Source: Octopus bimaculoides (lineage: Eukaryota). From it: a stretch of 50,546 nt of DNA. The stretch is from positions 29,445,304 through 29,495,849 of the forward strand of contig NC_068992.1 of assembly GCF_001194135.2 (NCBI RefSeq), given 5' to 3'. Under the pieces are notes generated by a model. That model was given only the letters and a program-made list of their open reading frames with translations. It made no database searches and was not told the origin of the DNA. Made by a program: the position numbers and the translations under genes. The stretch's first letter is position 1, and each line of letters starts with the position of its first letter. Positions 1-12,629 of this stretch are shown piece by piece.

Positions 1-401
1 GGGTATCGGTTCGTTTATTTCTGTTGTCAGATTGTTTTGCACGTTCAGATCTTCGTACTTTTTTCGTAACAAGCTTACAGTACGCACTTCTCGGTTGTTA
101 TTCTTGGGTGGAATAATACCGGTGTTATTTAATATGTTTGTAATTTTTTGTACATGGTGTTTTTGGGTTCGAGGATGGTCTGATTTTGATGTAACACGTG
201 CGTTTACGATCGCTGTGCGGGTAGTGGAGGTATCAAATTAAAATACATCATTATATTTGGAAAAATAGAAATAAATTTCAATGAGTATTACTTACTCGGA
301 TATAGTCCAACCCTTTGTCAGCTATTTTTTGGCTCCATGCGATGTCTTTATTTCCGATGTTTTTGGATAAGTTACGGAGCAGTGATTTATCGTTCTCACA
401 T

Positions 402-623
402 GTTAAACTTCCCCGGTGTAGTCTGTTAAACTTCCCCGGTGTAGTCTGTTAAACTTCCCCGGTGTAGTATGTTAAACTTCCCCGGTGTAGTCTGTTAAAC
501 ATCCCCGGTGTAGTCTGTTAAACTTCCCCGGTGTAGTCTGTTAAACTTCCCCGGTGTAGTTTGTTAAACTTCCCCGGTGTAGTGTTAAACTTCCCCGGTG
601 TAGTGTTAAACTTCCCCGGTGTA

Positions 624-625
<2 letters not shown>
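402..625. repeat. Minisatellite: 10 tandem copies of GTTAAACTTCCCCGGTGTAGT(CT), 7 x 23 bp then 3 x 21 bp
   Basis: Units start at 402, 425, 448, 471, 494, 517, 540, 563, 584 and 605, with only 3 point variants and no spacers. Confidence 0.97.
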
Positions 626-670
<45 letters not shown>

Positions 671-682
671 CATTATTATTAA

Positions 683-732
<50 letters not shown>

Positions 733-745
733 CCAGCAGCTACAG
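626..745. repeat. Compound trinucleotide microsatellite (TTA)n-(AGT)n
   Basis: Read directly from the sequence. Confidence 0.95.
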
Positions 746-1579
746 CAGAAGCAGTACATATTAAAAATAAATTCAAACTGCTTACCGTATGCATGCTACC
801 CGGCTTTGGTGTTTCGATTTTAGCAATATAGAACCAAATATATCCGGTGAAATAGAAGTTCATGTAGGGCCAAAACAATTCAGTTCATAAAGTTAGAATA
901 AAAACATTAACATCTATACGTGTACTGTGTTCATACGAAATCATTCATAACTTCTCTGAAGACACTATAACAAAATAATGTTTATTTGTAGTGTAAAAAC
1001 ATACGTGCGTTAACATTAGTCACACCATACAATAGACAGTCGGTAGCGATAGGCCATTAGGATTTTATTTTCTTCCTTCAAGTAAGGCTGAAAATATAAT
1101 TAAGGATACTTTGTTTATGGTATCCCTTTATATATATATATTTATATTTGAATACACGCACACGCACGCGCGCACACACATGCAAATTGATATTTATATT
1201 TAACAGAAGCAACACAATGACTTAGGTGCCAAGAGTTTCGTCTGTTAGCACATATCAAACTTTGATAATTTTTCCTCGCACTCGCAGTGGTTTACACCTC
1301 TTTTCATACACACTTCCCTCACTAACAATTAAGAACAAATTCACGCTACTATACTTCGCACCTTCATATTTGAACGTGCATGCATACAACCAAAACACCA
1401 CACACACGACTTCCCCCATATACCAATCAAGGATATATTCCTATATTTGGACATCCAGCCACATTTCCAACCTTCTTAAATTTCCATAAAACAGCATTCC
1501 CGCTTGTTTTCTATTTCCTCACTCGTTTTTTCCCCGTTACTAACTATATCTCTGTCTTGCTCTCATGTGCTTTTCACAA

Positions 1580-1615
1580 TCTTCTGATGAGGTACTAAAA
1601 GCTGAAAAGTTAAGA
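1580..1615 (+). ncRNA. Decayed minimal type I hammerhead ribozyme, probably in a Penelope pseudo-LTR remnant
   Basis: TCTT-CTGATGA-ggtactaaaagct-GAAA-aGT-T-AAGA. Stem I TCTT/AAGA is perfect and the core is intact. Stem II is eroded and the C expected at 1608 is an A. Confidence 0.4.
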
Positions 1616-2581
1616 GTCTCTTCCCATTAAAACGCTAAGCTAATACAGTATTTGTAAAACCCTGTCACAACTGTGTTGTCTTTCTATTTTCTTTTTTGTT
1701 CAATGTATTTATAATAAACACATGCCCATACACTCACGAACGCACGAGCCTGCAGCTTATCAAGATTTTCAAGTATTTATGCTGAGAGTAGAAGACTTCC
1801 TTCTGAACGGAACAACAATCAGGCTTACGATTATTCCAAAGATGACAGTCAAATTCAGTTTTAGGTGATGTTACTTATTGTATTTAAGAATACGTTATAC
1901 AATACAGGAAAGATGCCTTCTGAGGGAGATTGGGATGCCCTTTCTAATAGGTCGAAAGAATATGTAGATAATCTCTCATTTTGTTGTTTTTTAATCAGTA
2001 AATCTATCGTTATCTAATAGAAGGTTGATGGCAAGCAATCCAAGGGTGTCTAGATACTTTTTCAATATCTAAAGATACAGGATTTTAATACAGTATTGTG
2101 CAGTAGTAAGGAATTAGGGTGCCGTTTCTAGCAGATCCAGTTACTATCAAGAGGCCACCTTTTAGGGCTAAAATGTCTGCTTTTGTCAATTAAAATAATG
2201 CCGTCTTGTCTCTCGGTTCGCATAATATTTATACAACATATATCGATACATTTTATAATCTATAATCCTAAAAAAGACAAATGAATTTCCAGATTTTGCT
2301 TCAGGTAATATACAAATAACAGTGGGCAATAAATATCTACATGTACGTAAAGCAAATATCCTTAAATAACCCTTTCCAACTACATATGGCATAGAACCAA
2401 CTTGGACATGGAGATGGTTGCTGCCAACCATTCTTGGCAATAACATGGATTTGGGGAGCAATTTAAAGCAAGATGCAACATTTGAGTAAATATTGAACCT
2501 GACAGTAAGGAAAGCAAATGAAAGTTAAGAAGTAATTGTCTCGAGAACTTTCAAAGAATTCACTGTATAGCGGTGTCGTAT

Positions 2582-2583
<2 letters not shown>

Positions 2584-2620
<37 letters not shown>

Positions 2621-2922
2621 GCACACATACACACATACACACACACATATACACACACATGCACATACACACATAGACACACACACATGCACACAGACAC
2701 ACACACACATACACACACTCACAGACTCTCACACACAGACACACAGACAGACACACAGAGACCCCCACAACTCACACTTCTATATCTTTCTACCTATCGA
2801 TGTGTCTATCTATCATTCTATCTCTCACTTCATCTAAATGTATGTGTATATATGAACATACTTAAATATGTCTCTCTCTCTCTCTTTCTCTTTCTCTCTC
2901 TCTTTCTCTTTCTCTCTCTCGT

Positions 2923-2960
<38 letters not shown>

Positions 2961-2975
2961 TCTCTCCCTCTTTCC

Positions 2976-3012
<37 letters not shown>

Positions 3013-3125
3013 CCTCTCTGTATATATATATAGATGTATGTGTGTTTGTTTGTGTGTGTATGCGTGTGTATGTGTGTGTGTAGGTGTGTATGTAAATGTT
3101 CAAGTGTGTACGCATGCATGTATGG
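2584..3125. repeat. Composite microsatellite (CA)n ... (CT)n ... (TG)n
   Basis: Read directly; it explains the ORFs called at 2463-3157. Confidence 0.95.
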
Positions 3126-3380
3126 GTGAGTATGTTTTATCAAAACGGAATATGTAAGCTTTACTTACTTTAGTTATTTTTGCAGCTATTTTTTCTACAA
3201 AACCGACCTACATACTACTACCTCTATTAAAATACTTTCACAAATATCATACTAATTTCACTACTCTGTATATATTGCATAGAAAACTCACTGTCATGCA
3301 AAAATATTTTTTCATCAGTTAGCCTGACCACTATTTCTTATCTGTACTAGTTTATATTTCTGATTAGGAAGGGCCTAACA

Positions 3381-3466
3381 TGACCAAGGTGTCACGCAAA
3401 GGGATTGAACCTAGAACCATGTGGTTAGAAAGCAACCTTCTTCCCACGCAGCCACTCCTGCGCCTA
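3381..3466 (-). mobile_element. tRNA-derived SINE 5' head (same family as 12330 and 37505)
   Basis: Reverse complement GGCGCAGGAGTGGCTGCGTGGGAAGAAGGTTGC...GGTTCAATCCC has A/B-box-like motifs and aligns by eye with 12330-12410. Confidence 0.75.
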
Positions 3467-6400
3467 TGTATGTATGATTTTTCTTCAAGTTTTTAAAGTT
3501 CTTCTTTAGAGAGTTCAAGACGGTCGCTAACAATCAGTAATACATTATAAGTTAAGAAAGTTGTCGATGTCTAAATATGTAGCTGAACTGATGTGTTGGT
3601 TGAACCGTCGATGCATACACTCAAGTGTGTGCATCTATTCACTTAGGAATCTCAGGTGGTGATTATTTAGAATGTCTTACAAATTATCACTGTGCCACTA
3701 ACAGATTGGATTTGGAGAATCGGCATCAGTTTCCTTTGCTCTTTCTCTGTGAAACAGTGTATTTCTAGGTTTTCTGAACGTTCCTTTGTATTTTTAAGTA
3801 CAATATTTAACATTATCTATCTCAGCTCATCAAATTATCGTCATCTGATGCGTGTCCTTCAGCACATCAGAAGAGAAGAGAACGCAAAACTTTCCTGGTA
3901 TTTCTTTTGATAGCAACTTCAGTTAATGATTTATCGCCAAGATAACTAACAGTAGTCTCTAAATTGATGATTGAGGTGACGTTTTAAAAAGTTGTAATTT
4001 TTGTTTCATCGTTCGCTGTCTTTATGCAACACAGACAATGAGGAAGCACAATGATGGAACTGATAAAAATGAACTCTGAATACATCTACTCTTCTATATC
4101 GTCACAAATATTCTACAGTGTTTTTGATAAACTTTTGACGCAATCTGTCCGCATTCAAAGAATAAAATAATTGGATTTTTAATGACGTAAAACAGTGGTT
4201 AGCGCATTGTTCGTCCGCAATAAATCTAAAGCAATTTGCATATTAAGTCCATAGAAATAATTAAACATGCATATCATTGAACACTGCCGAATTACTTAGT
4301 TTATGCTGATTAAGACGGCATATTTAAATATTTTTGCATCACTCTGACGAAGATAAAGAGTTAATAATCCATAACTGCCTTCTCACTTTGCAGAAGACGA
4401 TATTTAATTAGAGGTTTTGTAGGTCGTTACTTACTGTCCGAATGAAGGACGGAAGGCAGTTTCAAAGTATTGTTGTTCCAGAGATATACGGCCAGACGAA
4501 GTACTTGACGTAAGTTTCGGAGAAAAGATATAGAAAAGATGTAAAACATAGGTGACAAATGAATTCTATGTAATTATGTGAGCGCGGCGGCAAACAGTTT
4601 AATAATTGAGAGAAACAGTACAGAGTCTATTGTTTCCTCGTTGTGGTTGTAGTACATTGCAGAATAAATGTTTCCAAATTAATTAAAGGGATGTTTCTGG
4701 AAGTGTTCGAAAGCATTTGTCTATTTAGCAGTAACACTATCACTGACGTATTACAAATGCTCAGATCTGGAAAATACTGTTCTATGTAAACGGTTAGTGG
4801 GTAATAAGAGCTGAAATACGTCATGGAAGTGAAAGACTAACCTTAAATATAGTGTTGGTTATCTTGTAACTACATAACTATGAAAATTATTCTCCTGTTT
4901 AAAAGGTTTCAGTTATGAGGAGTAATGCGGTTGTATTGTAGTGTGTCTTTTAGATATATGAAATTAAAATTTAGTTCTTGTCATGAAACTAGGCTATGTC
5001 TCGGGAATGTTTTCTAGAACATCGTTCCTGGAGTTTGTGTATGCGTAACGTGAGTTTTCTATGTAGTGTATATGAAGTGGTGAAATTAGCATGGTATTTA
5101 TTAAAGTGCTTTGATAGAGGTAGTAGCATGTATATCGGTTTTGTAGAAAAAATGGCTGCAAAAATAACTAATCCATTGATACACAATTGCTAAAGATATA
5201 TCGGTGGAACTAAACAACAGGAACGACATATGCAGCAATGCAGTAGTCGTGCAGTAGCATTCAACTCGACAGAGTATACTTGGACGTGCCATTTGACAAA
5301 GGTATTTCTTTGCTGGTTATCGAGAATATTAATGCTGAAAGATTTTCTTATGTCGAAGACAACGTTACTTTGGTTAAAATTCTTACGGTCGAAAGAAATG
5401 TTGTTTGACGTAGCGAAGCCAATTTCCATAGCATGTATCTATACAGAAAGTGCAGTAGAGGTTTCTAATGAGAGAAATAAACTCAGTATCAAAAAGAAGT
5501 TGACTGAGTCGGGTAGGTTAGATTTTCTGTCACATAGGATACACTGTCGCTGCTGTTTCGCTTTAAAGAGACATAAGATCAAAAACAATCAAAATAGACT
5601 GTTATTTCATTCAAATACATTATCATATAGCAAGTTCGTTTTCTTGTTTAAGGCACTACAGAGTAAGTTGGGCATATAATGAAACTTTTAGGAAGGAATT
5701 TCGTAAAACCCAAATTTTCGCTCTGAAAATGATAAGTGAGTCATTAGCATGCATTTCCCATTTCACGTCATCATTATCTGCGTACCAACTAAAAATCGCT
5801 TCGGTATATTCTGATATCAATGCTATCATGAAATAACAAAATCACCATGAGCACCATGAGTTCAATCTTCCACTGACAATTTCTACGATATGAATACATA
5901 AATACAATAACTACTGGAACAGTTATCTAACTACACCACGACTGCAAGTACTTTCATCACCAACACCACTGCTGCAGCACAAACAGCAAACAGCATACAT
6001 TGTGCACAGTCGAAACCACAATGATACGGCGTAAAATAGTTGTTTAAACTTATGTCGATTTCAATTAAACTTTTCTCTTTTCAGTAAGTCGATCTAATGT
6101 ATTAATCTACAACTTGCTGTATAAGTGTATGCCTTGACACAGCAATACCTCCTTTAATATGGAACACTCTGAAATAATGATAAATGGTGCTAGCTCACCA
6201 ACAGATCTATACACACAGACATTATATGGTTTACTGGTGCGTCAGTTGGTTTATAGATTACGAAACAGATTTTTATTTACGAGCATTTTCATAACCTTGG
6301 GGATTTAAGAGCAAAGTTAACACCGAGTTTTAATTTTGAAGTACATTGTATTGCTGAAAATGGGAAAGACATTGGCAAAATTCTATGCAGGCAAGGAAAA

Positions 6401-7482
6401 TTTGACTGAATTTCAAGAGTGTTGGCGTAGCTTAAGTATACAAGTATGCAATTTAGATTATATACATATACATAAATACACACACATATGTACATAAATA
6501 TACATAAATGCACAGACATATATACATAAATACACACAACACACATATACGCACACACATGCGTGTGTGTGTTAGTGGTGTTTGTGTGTGTTTGGTTTGC
6601 ATGAGTGTGTTTGTGTGCGTGTGTTGGTATGTGTGTTTGCGTGTGTCTATATATATATATATATGCGCACATATATATGTGTTTGCATGAATGTATGTAG
6701 GTATATCTATATGTGTGTGAGTATGTGCGCGTGCGCATGAGTAACATTTTTATATACATATACTTACACGATCATAGAATATGATTAAATTCGATATATA
6801 TATATTTTCATATATATTTTAATCACTATGCACATAGTTCTTTGTCAGTAAGTTATGTATGTCTTTTCTTTTTTCATTATAATTATACCTCTGTGTATGG
6901 GCTTAAGTCTGCATATGTGTATGTTTATGACCAAATATATCTCAAGGGTATATGAATGAAATGATATCTAATACAACCACATGCATACACTCACACAAAT
7001 ACATACACACAAGCATCAAATACATAGAAGTATACATATAGCAACTGATATAAACACAGAACACTCATGCGGACCTAAACATATACGCAAGTTTATTTCA
7101 ATATTTATTAGCTATAAGGCTACATAAGTAACTTAAAGGCTGCTGGTTTCGTCTGTGGCACTTATGATAACATAGTTAGCTCCGTGTATGAAACACTCGA
7201 CCCTTGAATAATTGCATCACTTATTCAAATTTACAATGCGCGCGCGCACACACATATACACAGACACATGTAGGGATTGATGCTAGATGGGTCGAAACAA
7301 TTGTAGTGATCAACAAATATTGTAGTCATCAATAAACATTCTCTTATCTTCTGTCTTCCTTCTCTCTCATTAATCAAATACCAAACGAAAACTGAAAACA
7401 AACGTGCTTTACCGGGAAGCTATCGGGTGCCTAACATACGATTTGTTATCTCTCTTTCTATATGTATGTATATTTGTACGTA

Positions 7483-7590
7483 TGTCATTATTCAGTATTA
7501 TTTCAAGATTTCTGGCCAATAGAGAAAAAGTCGGTTTCTAACCTAAATCCAAGGCTCCTTCATTGGAACTTTAACACGAACAAGGTATTT
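7483..7590 (+). repeat. Unclassified short interspersed repeat embedded in (TATG)n, copy 1
   Basis: TTATTTCAAGATTTCTGGCCAATAGAG...GTTTCTAACCTAAATCCAAGGCTCCTTCATTG recurs at 8234-8313. Confidence 0.8.
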
Positions 7591-7700
7591 TGTATGTATG
7601 TATGCATGCATGCATGCATGCATGCATGTATGTATGTATGTATGTATGTATGTATGTATGTATGTATGTATGTTTGCATGCATGCGTACACGTTTGTATG
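7591..7700. repeat. (TATG)n/(CATG)n microsatellite
   Basis: Read directly. Confidence 0.95.
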
Positions 7701-8233
7701 CTCTGTATTATGTTTGTCTTCTCATGCATATACTTGCATATCTAGACATAATAGTATATACTTAAATGATAAACTTCTGGAAAGTTTTATGAATTTTTAT
7801 AGTTCCAGTAATGGTTTGGATATGTAGTCTTCGAATCAGCTTTCTTTGTTCAGATTTTGAGAAGCCTAATTTTTAGAAGCCTAATATTTAGGCAGTGTGT
7901 TACATATCTCAGTACTATAATAATGACAGGTATAAACCTGAACTTGTAATTGTTCAGCGTAGGTATTCTCCTTTTCAGTGATCATAAGTTTTGTTACCAT
8001 CCGCTGGGCAGCTGATATCTACAACTTTACACAGTTTCTATTCTCTATCCCGAATCATTATATTAGGTCTGTTGTGCTTACATGTTATTGAGGCCTTCAC
8101 TGGGACATTCAACCAGTACTCATTTTTATTATGAGTGGCTATGGCTGGTTCGTATTTCTTTGCCCTCGGGGTTATTTTTCCGACGGATTTCATTATATAA
8201 TATCATGTATGTATGTATTTATGCAAGTATGTA

Positions 8234-8313
8234 TGTCATTCAATTTTATTTCAAGATTTCTTGCCAATAGAGTAACGGCCAGTTTCTAACCTAGATCCAA
8301 AGCTCCTTCATTG
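8234..8313 (+). repeat. Unclassified short interspersed repeat embedded in (TATG)n, copy 2
   Basis: Aligns with 7483-7565 and has TATG repeats on both sides. Confidence 0.8.
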
Positions 8314-8666
8314 TATGTATGTATATACGTACGTACGTGTACATGCATGCAGGCATGTATGTTTGCATGTATGCTTGTATGTATGTTTGTATGTATGTAT
8401 ATGATATATATATATTCTCTCAATCTTCACTCTTTTACTAGTTTCAGGTCGAGAGTTGAAACTTGTAAAATATTAGAGTAAAAGAGTGTATATATATTAT
8501 ACTCCAGAACGGCTGGAATACCACTGTTAGTTTTGCTTCACATTCATTATTTGAAACCGCCATTTATATATGGTATTTGGTGAATGACAGCTTGGAATTA
8601 CTCCAGTGTCTCTTTCTAGTTGTTGATGGTGATTTGGGGAACTTTGGCATTATGAAGTGGCGCTCA

Positions 8667-8708
<42 letters not shown>

Positions 8709-9229
8709 CGTTGTATGGCACCCACGTTTTGCTTGTGGATGTATTTATTTAAATAGCTGTAGTGACACTAAAATGCTCGATTTAAGTTCGTCCAAATTAT
8801 CTCGGTGAAACTGGCCACGATATGTAATACTTTTATGAACGATACCTGTAACCGGCATGCGTATATTGCAGATTGCTCAAGGAGTTCCGCATATGGTAGT
8901 ATATAATATGTGTTTGTGTATGTGCGTGTGTGTGGTACTATGTATAGTTGTATCTAAAAAGAAACACTAGGTGGAAGGCTTACTCACAACCAGTGAAACA
9001 TTTTCTTGTTAATATTATGTATATATATGTATGCATTTGCGTGTGTATGTGTTGTGTGTTTATCTTAGATTGTGTATAATTTTGTATATGCTGGAATTTT
9101 GTGAACGAATATAGTATATAATTTAAAGTGTTATAAATTCATGTCATGTACCCGAAGTGTGTACGAATGATTATTTTCCTCATAAAACGCTATGAAATTA
9201 TATTGATTATATACAAGAAAGAATGTAAA

Positions 9230-9620
9230 TTTCCATTGAATGTCTCATTTTGTCTGTTGAGTTCTATTGTTCTAACTCGAAAAAATAGAAAACCTGACAT
9301 GGAAGAGCTTAGAACAAAGTTTTCTGTGGCATTTAGTTATGCGTTGTAATTTTGTGAGTCCAAATCCTATTGGAGAGGAGTCAGTCTTTAATAACTCGTT
9401 GTTCGTTGTTGTTGAGCCTCAAAGCTCTTATCAAAATCATTTCGACATCCCAAATATTTTACAGTCTTTTATCCAATATGGTTATATTCCTTATTTGTTG
9501 TCACACACAATCATTCATTTGTCCAAAGGAATTTTAACAAAAGCTATGGTGTTATGCATTTGATTACAGAAAAACCTTCCAATATATCTAGATTGAGAAA
9601 TCTTCCATGATATTTTCCTA
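9230..9620 (-). pseudogene. Possible highly decayed Tc1/mariner (DD37D/maT-like) transposase fragment
   Basis: Minus-strand pieces in different frames: KEYNHIG*KTVKYLGCRNDF, GLTKLQRITKCHRKLCSKL and RTIELNRQNE. They resemble the HTH-to-first-Asp region (...TIEQ.LNRQNDR). The match is by eye only. Confidence 0.3.
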
Positions 9621-10430
9621 TTAAAATGCTTGACTATTAGAAAGTTAATCTAACTGCCATTTCTTGCATTTCGTTCTACCACATTGTAGCCAAGTCCTTG
9701 GTTCATTACGTTCTATTGTTGGTCAGCTCGATATTAACTCTGCCTAAAATTTGAACACTTGTGACGATGTAAGAATTCAGCTCAAAAGTGTATTGCATGT
9801 CGCTGACATTTTATACATGTAGTTAATACCTATCATCAACATAATTGTCATTACGTATTTTTTTAATGCTGGATTTACTATCACTTCTTTCTTATCTGTT
9901 TTTTTCTTCGTTACTTCATGCACTGATAACTGCATCAGATAATTTATTTTAGCCTGAACGTAATTTTCAACATGTTAATAGATAGCTTCTTCCGTTTCCA
10001 AGACACCTATACAATGAATTCTAAAATATAGGGAGGTGTGTTTAAATATTTAGGGAAACTTGGCTTTTATTGATATATTGTAAGATGCAAATATATAGCA
10101 GAATTAAATATCACCTTTTACAGTAAACTAAAAATATCTTAGCAGAATTGATGCTATTCAGTAGTTTCGAGTAATAATCAAAAGTATACTATTATTAGAC
10201 CGATTCTCAAATGACAAAAGACAAAATCATTCCAAAAGGCATATTGTGTTAAATTTATCTTTGAAAAGTTCCATAGAGAAAATGCTTTAATTTCCAATTT
10301 AAGCAAGAAATGTTGTAAGGTTTGAAGAAACGTCATTGCTGCACGATTACATATTGAATTCGTATCAGTCGAATTTCTTTTGTCTTACCTATCTCTTTCT
10401 CTGCTAGCCACTCTCTCATACATGCGTACA

Positions 10431-10461
<31 letters not shown>

Positions 10462-11105
10462 CCAATCAGCAATACATAGAATATAAAGACAGTCAAGAGG
10501 TATAAGATTCTATTGATATTCTATTATAATTTATGAATTTGAAGAGCTTCCCTTCTATAACTGTGTTAACTTGTAAAATTTACAATAATATTATTTCATC
10601 TAGGACATATACACTAATGCTGTCATGTAAAATAAATTATTATACACTAAAATTAATTATTTTTCTGTGATGTTGGCTGCGAAACAACTGTAATGTTATG
10701 GATTTCAACTGGTGTGTGTGTGATTGTGTGCGCATGTGTGCGAGTGTGTGTGCGTCAATGTGTATACGAGCGTCATAAAGCAAGATCTCACATTGAATGA
10801 CGTCATCGAGCTGTCATATCCTATTGTTTCGACTTCATTTTGCCTTCTTAGGTATGGACACCGGTTGTAATTCAGAGGTAGTTTGGAATTTTCACGCGCG
10901 TGTATAGAAACCAGTGAATAAAACATGTGATTATTTGTGTTGAAGCTGGTCAGGCTCCATTTAAATCAATATCCGTATTTGAAACAATATCAGATTACGA
11001 TGTGTACATAATTTGAAACTGCATAGAATTTGCACCATACATAAAAAAAATAATGTTGCTAGTTATAAAATGTTTTTCAGTGAAACACCTCATTGAATGT
11101 TAATT

Positions 11106-11117
11106 GTATATATATAT

Positions 11118-11202
<85 letters not shown>
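11106..11202. repeat. (TA)n microsatellite
   Basis: Read directly. Confidence 0.97.
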
Positions 11203-11204
<2 letters not shown>

Positions 11205-11559
11205 TGCACAAAATCTTTTGTCTACTAATATGCATATCTTTGTATGTAAGTATGCAACTATGCGTATATATATTTATATAGAGATAAATGCTTGACATTT
11301 TATCTATATATATATATATAGATGGGGCAACGAAAATGTTTTTCTGAAATTAGTTAAGTATGTATGGCACTTATGAAATGATGGAACTCGATTCAATCCC
11401 ATAAAGTTAGAAGCAAATAAAGTAGTTAAGCGTTATGAATGGCTGACTGGGTTTCATATTTTGTTTTATGGGGAGCTTATATTACGTTTTAGAAAAGGAA
11501 ATACAATAATCCATTCTGTACGTAAATACGACATAAAATCAACTTATAAAATCAAGGTA

Positions 11560-12329
11560 TAGTGAGTAGAATTATTTTAGATACTAGTTTTTACGCAATT
11601 ATGCAAACAACCGTTTCCCCATAATGAAATAACAGTGTTCCAGTAATTAATTGATTCAGTATTGTCAGTAAGATACATCGTGATAATTTACCTATTTTGA
11701 TGGTGAATTACATCCTTCAGTAACTAAATCTTTGCTCGAAAGTCATTAGTTTACGCCAAGATTTGTATTTCAATCAGTGATTCTGAGAGCAAAATAATCA
11801 TGCATGCAACAAGATCATTGATTGCTTTCGATAACGATCAGTAGGTAAAGAAGGATGCTGCAAATTCTTTTGATGTAATAATGGGTTGTCTAGACATTGC
11901 AGAAATTTGTGAGCTCATTGGTCTTTATCGTTTGTATTTATAACATAATAATCTTAATAATTTACAGATGTGGATACTGAGATGACGGAATCATTATTAC
12001 ACATGATATGAATGTCAAACTGTTAGAAAGTTTCAAAAACAGTCTTAGAGCTACTTAAAACCCGCCTACCATTAAATATAGTTTTGCGAAAAATGTTTGT
12101 ATATGATCACATTTCATATGATGTATCCTACTGCAACAAATATTCACCTTATAATAACAGGGCGATGAAATTTAGTGTTTTATAATTCTATTAATTCTGA
12201 GACAAAGTTAAATAGTAAACATTTCATTATTTGGTTTAATGCTCCGATCAGTTTTAATGTGATTACATATATCGCTAAAAGTTTTTAGTCATTAGATGAA
12301 CATTCTCGAATAAATCATAAATATTTTTC
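11560..12329 (+). pseudogene. Penelope-like element reverse transcriptase relic with stops and frameshifts
   Basis: Collinear motifs: SRIILD..., VIN*FS, FDGELHPSVTKSLLE, ISDSESKIIMHATRSLIAFDNDQ*VKKDAANSFDVIMGCLDIAEICELIGLY (compare FDVTMGSYDGAEVCELVGLY), GY*DDG (compare GLYRDDG) and IIWFNAPISFNVITYIAKSF*SLDEH (compare IIWFNPPFS.NV.TNIGK.FL.LIDKH). Confidence 0.85.
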
Positions 12330-12476
12330 GCAGGCGTAGCTGTGTAGTAAGAAGTTTGCTTCCCGACCACATTGTTCCAGTTTCAGTTCCACTGAATACC
12401 ACCTTGGGTAAGCGTCTTCTACTATAACCTCAAACCAAATATAGCTTTGTGAGTGGGAACTGAAAGAAACACCTCG
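12330..12476 (+). mobile_element. tRNA-derived SINE, 5' half, inserted in the Penelope relic
   Basis: GCAGGCGTAGCTGTGTAGTAAGAAGTTTGCTTCCCGACCAC...CAGTTCCACTG...GGAACTGAAAGAAACACCTCGTATATAT runs into a (TA)/(TG) tract. Confidence 0.8.
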
Positions 12477-12523
12477 TATATATATATATGTGTGTGTGTG
12501 TATGTGTGTGTGTGTGTGCGTGT

Positions 12524-12568
<45 letters not shown>

Positions 12569-12583
12569 TGTGTCCGTGCGTGC

Positions 12584-12622
<39 letters not shown>

Positions 12623-12623
12623 C
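12477..12623. repeat. (TA)n-(TG)n microsatellite
   Basis: Read directly. Confidence 0.95.
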
Positions 12624-12629
12624 ATGTAG

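Noticed and set aside
1-230. ~80-codon open minus-strand frame as an exon spliced from the donor at about 296
   Set aside because: The phases are incompatible (the join gives an immediate stop) and the peptide is not recognised.
402-625. CRISPR array
   Set aside because: The repeats are contiguous with no unique spacers, the context is eukaryotic and there are no cas genes.
785-880. Minus-strand exon ending ACG|GTAAGC
   Set aside because: There is no convincing acceptor in the open frame, and donor-like hexamers are expected by chance.
2463-3157. ORFs rich in CV, HT, SL, RE or YI (also 6289-6759, 11077-11298, 12422-12646, 13340-13880 and 36220-37332)
   Set aside because: They are translations of dinucleotide and tetranucleotide microsatellites.
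5230-5679. 149-aa ORF, and an alternative frame with QLDRVYLDVPFDK that resembles a CR1 RT motif
   Set aside because: No recognisable domain in the ORF. The RT resemblance is one short imperfect motif without convincing collinear neighbours.
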